Shown here: piece by piece, positions 38,157 to 47,852 of the stretch | Numbering within the stretch: position 1 is the stretch's first letter | Layout: each line of letters opens with the position of its first letter | NCBI GenBank assembly: GCA_965205265.1 | Contig: CBDBGH010000003.1 | Span: 4,960,001 to 5,024,000 of the forward strand | Direction: 5' to 3' | Origin: Alphaproteobacteria bacterium | GTDB taxonomy: Bacteria; Pseudomonadota; Alphaproteobacteria; Bin95 | DNA length: 64,000 bases | Notes under the pieces: generated by a model | Seen by the model: the letters and a program-made list of their open reading frames with translations, nothing else | What the model was told of the DNA's origin: nothing | Database searches by the model: none | Position numbers and translations under genes: made by a program

Positions 38157-38890
38157 GTGTCTCGGGGCGAGCGGGAGAGGCTGCCTGCGATGAACGGCGA
38201 GCAGAATAGTCCGGTGCATGCGCCGCTGCCGTTTCTCGAGGCGGTCGCCGCGCACAATCTGCGGGTTTTCGCCGACAGTCTGAAAACCGCGCCCCTGGAT
38301 CGTGTCGTCGTTCTGGCTCCCGGTCCCGATGCGGACGGCGTGCCGGGGCCGGTGCTCGTCGATTGCATGACAGAGGCCGGAAGGCGGGCATCGCCCGAGA
38401 CATGGCTGCCGGATGTGGCCGGCCTGGTTGCGCCGTTTCAGGACGGCCAGGACGGGCGCTGGCGGGCTGGTGCCGCTCCGCCGATGCCGTTCGCGAACGC
38501 GGCGGAAGCGGTCGCCGGCGCTCTGCTGGAATGCTTCTGGCAACAGGCCCCCGATACGGTCGGCAGGGCCGCCATATCGGCGGACCGCGCGGCCCTCGGG
38601 CTGAGTGACCCGAATACGGGCCTGGTTTACCGCCATGTGGTCGAGGTTGCCCGGCAAACCCCGCAGGCGGGGCTGGGCGAAATCCTGGACATTCCGGAGG
38701 CGGATGAGCGGCAGATGCTGGACGAAGCGGCCTTCAGGCACAATCTGGCCGTCGCGGTCAGCGCCATGCAGGAGGCCGGGATCGAGGAAGTCGTCCTGCG
38801 GAGCGGTGTTAGCGACGGTTAGGAAGGGCGTTTATTTGCTGGCGCGGAACGGCCGGTTTGTGCGGCTTGCGAGCAGCGTCGCATGGGTTA

Positions 38891-39942
38891 GAGCAGATTC
38901 GTTTCATTTGGGTTCATATCCGCATGCAGTGAAGAAGCTTCGGGCGTCCTGTGGAGTGACAGCATCGATGGCGTCGCGGATCGCATCCCAGAGCGTATGG
39001 ACGGAGCGTGCTGCGGCCTTTTTCAGGAGAGCCTTGATTTTGGAGAAGGCCATCTCGATGGGGTTGAAGTCGGGGCTGTAGGGCGGCAGGAACAGGATGC
39101 CGGCGCCTGTGGCCTCGATAGCTTCTCGGATGGCGATGGGCTTGTGGGCCGGCAGATTGTCGAGGATGACGGTGTCGCCTGGCCTCAGGGTCGGGGCCAG
39201 GACCTGTTCGACATAGGCAAGGAAGGCTGCCCCGGTCATCGCCCCATCGATGGTCATGGGGGCGAGGATGCCGTCGAGCGTGAGGCCGGCGACCAAAGTG
39301 GTGGTCTTCCAGTGACCATGGGGGACGGGAGCGCGGCAACGCTCGCCCCTGGGAGCCCGGCCATACATGCGGGCCATCTTGGTCGAGGTCCCGCTTTCGT
39401 CGATGAAGATCAGGCGCTCGGGGTCGAGCCCGGGCTGGTCTTCGAACCAGGCCTGACGCCGGCGTGCGACGTCCGGTCGGTCCTGCTCGGCAGCATGGGC
39501 CGTCTTTTTTTGCGCGTGATGCCGCGACGCTTGAAGAACCCATGCACCACGCTGGGCGGCGGCCGGTAGCCGACCGCCTCCTCAAGCCTGGCCGCGATCT
39601 CCTGGAGGGTCAGGTCGGGCTCCACCTCAACCCACCCCATGATCAGATCGCCGTGACCCTCAATGCGCCCTGGACGGCTACCGCCGCGTGGCTTCGGCGA
39701 GAGGTCGCCTGTCAGGCGCGATTGGCTCACCCAGCGGATCGCAGACGACACCCCGACGCCAAAACGCGCCGCAGCCTGCCGACGCGACATCCCGGACTCA
39801 ACCGCTGCAACCACGCGCCGACGAAGATCAACAGAAAGAGACTGCGCCATGCGAGCTGGCCTCCTTCACCAGCCCCCATCGTGAATCACATAATCCGCCA
39901 ATTGGGAATCCCTCAACGATTCAATCGCCCGCGAATTCGCTC
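38891..39942 (-). mobile_element. IS630-family element nested in the IS21
   Basis: TA duplication at 38889-90 and 39943-44; IRs GAGCAGATTCG / GAGCGAATTCG. Confidence 0.88.
38904..39850 (-). CDS. IS630 transposase, two ORFs joined by a programmed -1 frameshift
   Basis: [20 protein letters not shown]; A7G slippery site at 39504-39511; [33 protein letters not shown]. Confidence 0.88.
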
Positions 39943-39954
39943 TAGGTGTTGCGT

Positions 39955-40848
39955 TCATCTGATTGGGCGGTCATCGGTTTCGAGCGGCTCGCCGTCGCGG
40001 TCACGGATGAGCATGTCGTTCCAGTCCTGGTTTTCGAGGGCCGGTCGCATTCGGACGATTCTTGTGTCGTTGTCTTGCATGCGGCGGGCGGCGTGATCGC
40101 CGTATCGTGTAGCGTCCCAGGCACAGAAGATACGGCGCGGGTTCCAGGCCTCGACCCATTTGGGGATTCTGGCCGTGATGGCGCCGGTGGAGACGACGGC
40201 GCATTTGCTGCGTTTTTCCGGGACGAGGTGGAGGGAGAGGATCGACAGGGCGTCGAGGGCGCTGCCGGTGAGGATGACGGTGCCGGGCCAGTCGGGCTCC
40301 CATGACATCCAGAAGCCGCCGTCTGCGGCCGGCTCCTGCGCTGCGGGGAGGGTCTCTATGCCGACCACCTTGCTGGCGGCGTTTCGGCGGAGGAACACGG
40401 GATTGCCGCGCCGGTCGGCACGGATCAGGCCGAGGCCTCGGCATAGCTCGACGAGCGCGTCGGCGAGGCCGCGCTGCTCGATGAGGTATTGCCGCAGCGC
40501 CGGCCAGCGAGGGTCCTGGCACGAGGGCTCCGCCTCACAGCGACTGTTCGGGAGCCGTGAGTGGCGCGGCAGTTGGGCGAGGAAGTCGAGGGCTTCGGTC
40601 GTTGGGCATCCGAGCGCATGAACCGCCAGCTGGATGGCCCCGGCGCCTCCCTCTCCGCGCAGATGGTCGTAGAACATGAAGCGGTTGATGGAGAGGACCG
40701 AACCGGCTCGTCTCCAGCGCGCGGCATCGGCGGGATCGCGGCGATAGCCGAGGGCGTGGACCACGTCTTCGAGGGGGCAGCTTCGCAGCCCCTCGGCCCG
40801 CAGGCGGCGATCCCATGGATGCAGATGCTGCACGGCTGGCTCAGGCAT
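39955..40848 (-). CDS. DUF3991/Toprim-like primase-related passenger protein
   Basis: [49 protein letters not shown]; start overlaps the istB 3' end. Confidence 0.75.
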   Translation of the reverse strand: MPEPAVQHLHPWDRRLRAEGLRSCPLEDVVHALGYRRDPADAARWRRAGSVLSINRFMFYDHLRGEGGAGAIQLAVHALGCPTTEALDFLAQLPRHSRLPNSRCEAEPSCQDPRWPALRQYLIEQRGLADALVELCRGLGLIRADRRGNPVFLRRNAASKVVGIETLPAAQEPAADGGFWMSWEPDWPGTVILTGSALDALSILSLHLVPEKRSKCAVVSTGAITARIPKWVEAWNPRRIFCAWDATRYGDHAARRMQDNDTRIVRMRPALENQDWNDMLIRDRDGEPLETDDRPIR

Positions 40849-41626
40849 CCCCCGTGTCTTGCGCCGTGCTCTTGCCCGCTCCTTTTGCCGATCGCCGCCG
40901 GCGGCGATCGGCGCTGCGCTGCTTCTGGCGTTCCTCGGCCTCCTTGCGGCGGTATGAGTCGCCGTCGATGGCGAGGATCTCGGCATTGTGGACGAGCCGG
41001 TCGACAAGGGCCACGAGGCAGGCGGCGTTGGGGAAGGCCTCGCTCCACTCGGCGAAGGGGCGGTTTGTGGTGATGATGGTGGAGCGCTGCTGGCTGCGGC
41101 TTGAGACGATATTGAACAGCAGGTCGGCATGACGGTTGGAGTAGGAGAGATATCCGACTTCGTCGATGACCAGGAGGTGCTGGCGGGCGTAGAAGCGCAG
41201 CCTGCGCTGGAGCATTGTGTCGGAGTCGATGGCGGCGAGCTCGCCGAGCAGGCTGGCGGCGGTTGCGAAGCGCACGGTGTGGCCTTCGAGGACGGCGCGG
41301 TGTGCGATATTGGCGGCGATTGTGGACTTGCCGACGCCGTTGGGGCCGATGAGGACGACATTGGCGCCCTCGCGGAGGAAGTTGAGGGTCATGAGGTCCT
41401 CGACGGCCATGCGGTCGCATCGCCTTGGCCAGTCCCAGTCGAAGTCGGCGAGCGGCTTGAACTGTCCGAGGCGGGCGGCGGTGAGGCGTCGCCTGAGGCT
41501 TCGGCTTCGCCTCTCTTCCTCTTCCCATGCGATCAGGGGCGGGAGCCAGTCGCGCTCCGCAACCTCGCTCCAGTGGGCGAGGAGGCCGTGCAGTCCGAGC
41601 GCCGTGGCGCGGTCCTTGAGGGTCAT
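40841..41626 (-). CDS. istB: IS21 helper ATPase IstB
   Basis: [33 protein letters not shown]. Confidence 0.95.
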   Translation of the reverse strand: MTLKDRATALGLHGLLAHWSEVAERDWLPPLIAWEEEERRSRSLRRRLTAARLGQFKPLADFDWDWPRRCDRMAVEDLMTLNFLREGANVVLIGPNGVGKSTIAANIAHRAVLEGHTVRFATAASLLGELAAIDSDTMLQRRLRFYARQHLLVIDEVGYLSYSNRHADLLFNIVSSRSQQRSTIITTNRPFAEWSEAFPNAACLVALVDRLVHNAEILAIDGDSYRRKEAEERQKQRSADRRRRRSAKGAGKSTAQDTGDA

Positions 41627-43128
41627 TCTTCGCTGTCCTCCTCGTGGTGGCTTGCGAGCCCGTCGTATCCGCCGAGGTCGTGATCGCGGACCGCGATATC
41701 GCGCAGTCTTGGATCGCCGGGCAGGTCGATGGGGATGGGTGGTGGCTCGTTGCGCTGTTCGCGCCGCCGGTTCAGGCTGAAGCGCACCGCATTGGGATGG
41801 GGGACGCCGCGCTCAAGGGCTTCATCGATGGCGGCTTCGAGTTCGACGGCTCCGTAGTCGTCGAGCAGGCGCAGCAGGGAGGCGACGGTTGTGCCGATAT
41901 TGCCGCCGCGCCTGGCGGTCTCGGCAAGCAGGCGCTCGCTGTCGGGGGCGGCCTGGAGAAGGCGGCTCTGCCCGCGCAGGCGGTGGGCGTGACGTTTGAG
42001 CCTGACCAGCTCCTCGATGTGCTCGGGGGTCTCGATGCGGGCCGCCTTGTCGAAGCTGCGCGGATGACGGGCGACGGTGTCGGCGCCGTCGAGGATGCGT
42101 ACCTCCTCCAGTGTCGCGACCACGGTGAGGGTGCGCCGCGTATGGGTATGCGGGACGCTATAGTCATTGAGGTCGAACCTGGCGTAGGGGGTCTTGCCGA
42201 TCCTGACCTCGACCCTCTCGTCGACGGGGGGCCGGTCGTCGGGCAGCGCCATCAGGGAGCCGCGCTCGCGCTCGAAGGCCTCGCGCACGGTGAGGGAGCG
42301 GTCGTCCGGCCAGCGACGGTCGGCGGCGACGCCGTCGCACCAGGCGCGGGCCCGGGCGTTCAGGTCGTCGAGGTCGCGCCAGGCGCGGGCGGCGAAGAAG
42401 TTGTCGCGCACATAGCGTATGGCGCGCTCCACGCGCCCCTTCTCGTTGCCGCGCGCGACCGCGACCGGCTTGGGCAGGAAGCGGTAGCGGGCGGCGAAGT
42501 CGAGGAGCCGGGGGTTGAACCGGATGGCGTCGCCCTGGCGCTCCAGCACGACGCTCTTCAGGTTGTCGTACCATAGCTCGCGGGGCACGCCCTGCCAGGC
42601 CTCGAAGGCCTCGACATGGCCGCGCAGGAAGTTGTCCATCGCGGCATTGAGGTAGAAGTGCAGGAAGATGCGGCGCGAGTAGCTCAGCACCATCACGAAG
42701 CCCATCAGCGGGCGCTCCGCGCGCCCGATCCTCACCTTGCCGAAGTGGGCCCAGTCCACCTGGGCCAGCTCGCCGGGCAGGGTCTTGAGGCGCAGATAGG
42801 CCTCGGCCACAGGCCGCGGGCGCTCCGGCGCGATCATGCGCCGGAAGTGGCTCTGGCTGCCCCGGTAGCCGCGCTCGACCGCCATCTGGTAGAGCCGGCT
42901 GGCTGGCAGCCTGGGCCAGACCGCCAGGGTCTGGCGGATGAAGGGCCGGAACGGATCGATCATCGAAGCCCTGCGCCGCCTCTCACGCGCGGGCGCCCCG
43001 GCGGCCGCTACCGCGCGCTCGACCGTGCCGTGGTGGACGCCGAGCTGGCGCGCGATCGTGCCGATCCTCCACTTCTCGGCAAAATACAGCCGCTGGATCT
43101 CGGCACGGGTCTGCTTGTCGATCGCCAT
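41623..43128 (-). CDS. istA: IS21 transposase IstA
   Basis: N-terminal HTH, PGELAQVDW, YDNLKS, EKGRVER. Confidence 0.95.
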   Translation of the reverse strand: MAIDKQTRAEIQRLYFAEKWRIGTIARQLGVHHGTVERAVAAAGAPARERRRRASMIDPFRPFIRQTLAVWPRLPASRLYQMAVERGYRGSQSHFRRMIAPERPRPVAEAYLRLKTLPGELAQVDWAHFGKVRIGRAERPLMGFVMVLSYSRRIFLHFYLNAAMDNFLRGHVEAFEAWQGVPRELWYDNLKSVVLERQGDAIRFNPRLLDFAARYRFLPKPVAVARGNEKGRVERAIRYVRDNFFAARAWRDLDDLNARARAWCDGVAADRRWPDDRSLTVREAFERERGSLMALPDDRPPVDERVEVRIGKTPYARFDLNDYSVPHTHTRRTLTVVATLEEVRILDGADTVARHPRSFDKAARIETPEHIEELVRLKRHAHRLRGQSRLLQAAPDSERLLAETARRGGNIGTTVASLLRLLDDYGAVELEAAIDEALERGVPHPNAVRFSLNRRREQRNEPPPIPIDLPGDPRLRDIAVRDHDLGGYDGLASHHEEDSEE

Positions 43129-43129
43129 C

Positions 43130-43564
43130 TCACTCCCTTCGCGCCTGGCGCAGGCCCGGATAGACCGCCAGGCCGCAGAACCGACCGCAGCGCTCGCAGC
43201 GGAACACCCGGGCGGGACGGTCGGGCCCGAAGGGCCGGGTTCCGGACCGCCCCGCCGGTATGCGCGCCACATCAGGACGCCGGCGCGCGACGGTCAAAGG
43301 GTGATGCGTCACTTTCTGCGCGATGGCCCGAACTGCCGGCTGCCGCACACGGCGCCGTTCGCGGTAGCGCCGCTGGCGCTCGGCATGCTTGTGACGGCCC
43401 CGGCGGCTGTTCTGGTAGCGCTGCCCCGCAAGGCGCACCGACCGACGCCGCGCCCGCCCGCTGCAACGCGGCGAACAGTAGATATGGCCAGAGTCGCAGC
43501 GCCGGCAGAGAACCACCTGGCGGCGGCACAGGGCGCAGGTGAACAGGCGGGCGGCGTTCCTCAT
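43130..43564 (-). CDS. basic Cys-rich (Zn-binding) protein upstream of istA
   Basis: CALC...CRRC...YCSPRC...CERCG. Confidence 0.7.
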   Translation of the reverse strand: MRNAARLFTCALCRRQVVLCRRCDSGHIYCSPRCSGRARRRSVRLAGQRYQNSRRGRHKHAERQRRYRERRRVRQPAVRAIAQKVTHHPLTVARRRPDVARIPAGRSGTRPFGPDRPARVFRCERCGRFCGLAVYPGLRQARRE

Positions 43565-44359
43565 CGCGACCGATGAGAACGGGGTGGACCCACGCCCGGA
43601 CGCGCACGATACTGCGCTTCCGGGCCGCGCCTTGCATGGCTCGGGGGGTGCGGCGCCGGTCGTTGCCACCAAGCCAACGGGGCCGGCGCCGCATCGTTCT
43701 CAGAAGCCCCAGTCTACCCCCTGCCGCAGCCCGGGAACGGCCAACCCGGTCGCCAGGACGTCGCCGCCCTCCGGGAGGCGAAAATCTCAACGCGACGGGG
43801 GCCGAGGACTCCGGTCGGGCTACGCCCTCCTTCCGTCCTCGGCCCCCGTCATAAACCCGGCCGCGCCTGTCTCACGCTGTTTGTCGTGCGCACCACAAAA
43901 GCGCGCTACGCCAGCAAATATGCGCCCTTTATGATAATCACCGACAGAGCGGTAGCCCGCTGGCGGCGCGGCGGCTGCCGGTCATCGAGTGGCATGGCGA
44001 GGACGGCGCCGATCTCGAGGTGTCCGGCATAGTGAGTCCGCAGCCGTTCGCCGGAGGCGGCTGGCGGCTTGTGGAATTCGGGTATCCGATGCGGCTTGAA
44101 CTGGTGCTGAACAGTCTCGCCGTCCAGCGGCTCGAGACCATGGAAGGGGAGTGGTCCTGGGGCAGCGCCGCTGTCGAGGTGGCCGTGACCGCCGGCGGGC
44201 TGCATGCGTCGGTCGACCGCGAAGTGACGCGGCGCGTTCGCAGTCGCGCCATGACCATGCCCGCAAGGGCGGCTGACGTCATTCCGCCGCCCGGGGCAGG
44301 GGAGCCGTCACCGGGACCGGACTTGTAGCGGCCGGAGTGTCCGGGAACAGGAGACGCGA

Positions 44360-45358
44360 ATGGTGAATGGAGAGGGAAGCGAGTCGATCGCGCCGCCGGA
44401 GGGCCTTCGGACGGCGGTCGCGAAGCACAATCTCGCGGTGCTTCTGAGGCATATGGACGAAGCGGGCCTCGGGAAGGTGGTCGCGCGGTTCGATGCCTGC
44501 TTCGGCGAGGAGTCGGTTTATCAGGTCGGATGCCTGTATGGACCCAGGCAGGCCAAGGGAGTGGCCGACGCCCCGGCTCCCGCGACGTTCGTTGACGGTC
44601 TTGTCGGCCTGGACCGGGACGCCTCCGGCGCCTGGCGGGCGGTTTCGGAACCGGCCAGGCGCTTCGAGACGGCAGTGCGGGAAACCGTCCGGGCGGCGCT
44701 CGACGTGGCCTTCCCGGAGTGGCAATACGGGCCGGGTTCGGAGGGTTCCGTCACATTCGACGGTCTTGAGGCGGACATCGCCTTCGGGATGCGCCGGGAG
44801 GAAGTGGACTGGGGCCATGGCTGGCTGCGCCCGGGCGAGATGGAGGAGATGCCGGCGGTCCGCAGCGATGCCGCGGACGACCGTCTGGCGGAGATGCGGG
44901 CGGTGGCCAACCGGCACAATCTTGCCTTGGTGATCGACGCCATGGGGGACGTGGGGGTGGAGGAGGTGACGATACGGACGCTCCCGCCGCCGACAGGAGG
45001 GAAGGTAGCGAAGATGGATTGGTCTCCGGGCGATGCCGTCGCGGTTTGCGAAACGAAAGCGGTCTCCGGCCTCATCGGCGTGTGTACGGAGTCCGGCGCC
45101 GTGCCGCGGCATCGCGAAGTGATGCCGGGCACCCTCGACCTTGCCCTGCAGATGCTGGCGCAGGACCTGCTGGAGTCGGCCGACGAGATGTGGGAACAGG
45201 GTATCGGCAAGGTCACCATCGATGCGGACGGGGCCCGGATGGAAGTGGAGCGTGTGGAGGCGGTCCATGTGGTGAACGAGGCGACGCTGCCGCCGGCGCG
45301 CCTTGCGGAGAAGGCCCTCGCGGGTCCAGAGGAGGGGGACGGTCCGGCGGGGCTGTGA
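44360..45358 (+). CDS. tandem two-domain DUF6878-like paralog 11
   Basis: KHNLAVLL...PEWQYGPGSEGSV, then RHNLALVI...MWEQGIGKV. Confidence 0.85.
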   Translation: MVNGEGSESIAPPEGLRTAVAKHNLAVLLRHMDEAGLGKVVARFDACFGEESVYQVGCLYGPRQAKGVADAPAPATFVDGLVGLDRDASGAWRAVSEPARRFETAVRETVRAALDVAFPEWQYGPGSEGSVTFDGLEADIAFGMRREEVDWGHGWLRPGEMEEMPAVRSDAADDRLAEMRAVANRHNLALVIDAMGDVGVEEVTIRTLPPPTGGKVAKMDWSPGDAVAVCETKAVSGLIGVCTESGAVPRHREVMPGTLDLALQMLAQDLLESADEMWEQGIGKVTIDADGARMEVERVEAVHVVNEATLPPARLAEKALAGPEEGDGPAGL

Positions 45359-45398
45359 CGATATCGGCCCGACAGGTGCGAAAGGAGACGGCGAGGCG

Positions 45399-46361
45399 AT
45401 GAGCCACGGAAACGGTGTCGACGTTCCGAGGAAGCTGCTGGAGACCGTAGCCCGCCACAACTTGGCGGTGCTTCAGGCGGTCATGCGCAAGGCGGGCGTG
45501 CAGGAACTCGACATATACTACGACAGCGAGAATGGCCGGAGGGTGGTCGAGAATGCCGTGTGCAACGGCAAAGACGCCTCTTCGGGGCCTATCTTCGAAT
45601 TCGACGTGGAGGGCCTCCAGGCCCTCGAGGAAACGCCGGAGGGCAATGACGAGGAGATGGAGGGTTGGTGGCGTGTGCCTGTCGCCACCATTCCCTTCGT
45701 GGATGCCGTGCGGACGGTCTGCTTCGATCTCGTGAGCACTCAGGATCCGGAATGGGATGCCGGGCTGGGAACGATCGGCTCGGTACGCGTGGGTCTGCAA
45801 AGCGCCACGGTCGTGCGTTACCGTCGGCTTGAGGAGTTTGCCTCCTTCGAGGAGAAGATCGAGGCGCAGGCGGCCGTGCTGCCTGACGTCGAGTCCATCG
45901 GCTCCGATGGCTGGGACGGGCACTGGGCGGCTGAGGTCGAGAGGCAGAATTTCGCCACGGTGCTCGCCTGCATGGCGGAGATGGGAGTTGAGGAGATCCG
46001 GGTCGAATTGACGAAGTTGCCGCCTGGGGCGGGCGTGGCCAGGGATGTGCGCAGCTCGCCGCGCTTCGATGCAGAGGATTGGCCGATGATCGATCAGAGA
46101 GTCGCGCAAGCGGCCGGAGAATCATGGACGGAAAGGCAGCCGCTTGAGACGGCGGTCGTGTCCCTGGTCGAGGAGGAAGTCCAGCGTGCATTCCCCTCTT
46201 GGATAGGCAAGTCGTTTACCGCGCAGGCCACGGTCACGAGCGAAGGGGTTCGTCTCAATATGGAACGGCGCAAGCTTGAGCGCGGGACGTCCTTCCTGCG
46301 GTCCCCGGCGCCGTGTGTAGGGCTCGGGGCGCCGGAAGGGGCCGGACCGGGCCCCGAGTGA
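45399..46361 (+). CDS. tandem two-domain DUF6878-like paralog 12
   Basis: RHNLAVLQ...VEGLQ...PEWDAGLGTIGSV, then RQNFATVL...FPSW. Confidence 0.82.
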   Translation: MSHGNGVDVPRKLLETVARHNLAVLQAVMRKAGVQELDIYYDSENGRRVVENAVCNGKDASSGPIFEFDVEGLQALEETPEGNDEEMEGWWRVPVATIPFVDAVRTVCFDLVSTQDPEWDAGLGTIGSVRVGLQSATVVRYRRLEEFASFEEKIEAQAAVLPDVESIGSDGWDGHWAAEVERQNFATVLACMAEMGVEEIRVELTKLPPGAGVARDVRSSPRFDAEDWPMIDQRVAQAAGESWTERQPLETAVVSLVEEEVQRAFPSWIGKSFTAQATVTSEGVRLNMERRKLERGTSFLRSPAPCVGLGAPEGAGPGPE

Positions 46362-46370
46362 GATGATGCG

Positions 46371-46781
46371 GTGATGCGTGGCTCCGCAGCAGGTGTTCCC
46401 GCCGGCGCGCGGCACCGGGAACACCTGCTGCTGGAACTCCTTGCGAAGGTCGCGGCCGGCCTTCATGCGCCGGACGGCGCGGAACATGAGGACGAGCTGC
46501 GCCAGCTGGGCTATGGCTGTTACCTGGCGCGCAGGAGGGTCGAGGACCCTGATGACAATCTCGGGCGCGTCGCCCTGTTCTGCATGCAATGCCTGGAGGG
46601 GAGGCCGAGGCCCGAGGATCGTCGTTTCCGGGACCCGGTCCAGGAGCGCTGGGGCGCTCCATGGCATATGGATATCGGGAAGTTACGGACGGAATTGCCG
46701 GTTTACCTGATGCGGCTCCGGCGGGAGACGCCCGGCCCGGAGCCGGGTTGCCGGCCTGAATCGGGCCCGCAAGCGGATTGA
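46371..46781 (+). CDS. hypothetical protein
   Basis: Collinear ORF after the array, with a Pro-rich tail. Confidence 0.45.
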   Translation: MMRGSAAGVPAGARHREHLLLELLAKVAAGLHAPDGAEHEDELRQLGYGCYLARRRVEDPDDNLGRVALFCMQCLEGRPRPEDRRFRDPVQERWGAPWHMDIGKLRTELPVYLMRLRRETPGPEPGCRPESGPQAD

Positions 46782-46806
46782 CATTGCAATCGGATTGTGA
46801 TAGAAA
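46770..46806 (+). promoter_or_regulatory. operator pair plus sigma70 promoter
   Basis: CAAGCGGATTG (46770), CAATCGGATTG (46787); TTGACA-N17-TAGAAA. Confidence 0.75.
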
Positions 46807-46846
46807 TGCGGGCAATCGGGAAACTGCTCGCCGGAGTCGGGAAGCC

Positions 46847-47293
46847 GTGTCATCCGCCATCCAGATGGCCAGGGAACTGGCAAGGGCGCTGCTCGCCGGG
46901 CAGACGGACAAGGCCGGACGGCCGGCGTTCGACCACGCTGCCCGGGTTGCGGGCCGTGTCGGCAGCGCGGCCGCGCCGCTCGCCTGGCTTCATGATCTGG
47001 TCGAGGATACCGATCTCACGCTGAGAGCCGTCGAGGCCATTTTCGGGGCCGACATGGCCACGGACGTGTGTGCATTGACCCGCAGGGACGGGGAAACCTA
47101 CACGGACTATATCGCGCGGGTCTGTGTCGCCTCCGAAACGGCGCGCCGCGTCAAGCTCGCCGACCTGGAGGACCATCTCGAGCTGGCGGCGGACATTCCT
47201 CCCACTCTGGTGGAGCGTTACAGGAGGGCCTTCGACCGGTTGGAGGACTCCTTCAACGAACATGACAATCTGCCGTCCTACGGGCCGGGTTAG
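46847..47293 (+). CDS. small HD-domain hydrolase (SpoT/Mesh1-like fold)
   Basis: GQTDKAG, HAARVA, WLHDLVEDT, ALTR, VKLADLEDH. Confidence 0.85.
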   Translation: MSSAIQMARELARALLAGQTDKAGRPAFDHAARVAGRVGSAAAPLAWLHDLVEDTDLTLRAVEAIFGADMATDVCALTRRDGETYTDYIARVCVASETARRVKLADLEDHLELAADIPPTLVERYRRAFDRLEDSFNEHDNLPSYGPG

Positions 47294-47304
47294 GGAGTCA
47301 ACTC

Positions 47305-47487
47305 ATGATGTGGATTCTCGGCATTATGGCGCTCATCACGCTCAGCGCGGGGCTCAGCGAGATGGCGTATGCCCTCGAAGGCGCCGGACGTTCGAGGCTG
47401 ACCGTGCGCCGCTTGGGATCCGGAGGCCTTTTGACGATGTTCGGGTTCGTGCTGGGCGGGTATTGGCTCCATCTCGCGTCGTCCTAG
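47305..47487 (+). CDS. small membrane protein
   Basis: AGGGAG RBS; two hydrophobic segments. Confidence 0.5.
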   Translation: MMWILGIMALITLSAGLSEMAYALEGAGRSRLTVRRLGSGGLLTMFGFVLGGYWLHLASS

Positions 47488-47503
47488 ACGGTGATGGCGC
47501 CCG

Positions 47504-47761
47504 GTGTTTCAAGCGCTCTATATGGTAGCGGTCGCGAGTTTTGCGTGCGGATGCGGACTGTCGTACTTCTTCGTGTACCGGTATGCCTCGCTCCAGTCAT
47601 GCTCGCGATATGTGCTGTGGGCGGGGCTCTGGTTGCAGGGGCTCGGTCTCGGTGGCTGGCTGTTGCTGGCCGCGGCTGGCCTCGGTTCTGGAGGCTCTGC
47701 CGGACCCATGGGAATTCAGGACATGTTTCCCTGGTTTTTCTGGATTGACCTGCCGTGGTGA
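47504..47761 (+). CDS. small membrane protein
   Basis: Two hydrophobic segments. Confidence 0.4.
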   Translation: MFQALYMVAVASFACGCGLSYFFVYRYASLQSCSRYVLWAGLWLQGLGLGGWLLLAAAGLGSGGSAGPMGIQDMFPWFFWIDLPW

Positions 47762-47852
47762 TTTCCTGCGTAGAAGCCAACGCCTGAAAGCAGGAAAATT
47801 GCGGCAGGGCTGTGCCTCCTCCGCTCTCATTGCGCCGTGCGGTGGATCCGCC

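Larger units (their letters stand above)
38807..43946 (-). mobile_element. IS21-family element with passenger genes and a nested IS630
   Basis: TGT...ACA ends; imperfect IRs sharing AAGGGCG-N2-TATTTGCTGGCG; 6-bp TSD GAGCGG at 38801-38806 and 43947-43952. Confidence 0.9.
38190..44328 (+). pseudogene. two-domain DUF6878-like paralog 10, split by the IS21 insertion
   Basis: AHNLRVF and RHNLAVA before 38806; removing the IS and one GAGCGG copy joins it in frame to 43953..44328 (ends PSPGPDL). Confidence 0.85.

Noticed and set aside
39955-41361. 468-aa version of the Toprim ORF as an IstB frameshift fusion
   Set aside because: The upstream part is an out-of-frame shadow of istB; an ATG at 40848 explains the gene
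28171-46361. Array as a diversity-generating retroelement or integron cassette array
   Set aside because: No reverse transcriptase, template repeat, integrase or recurring attC-like spacers; paralogs differ throughout their length
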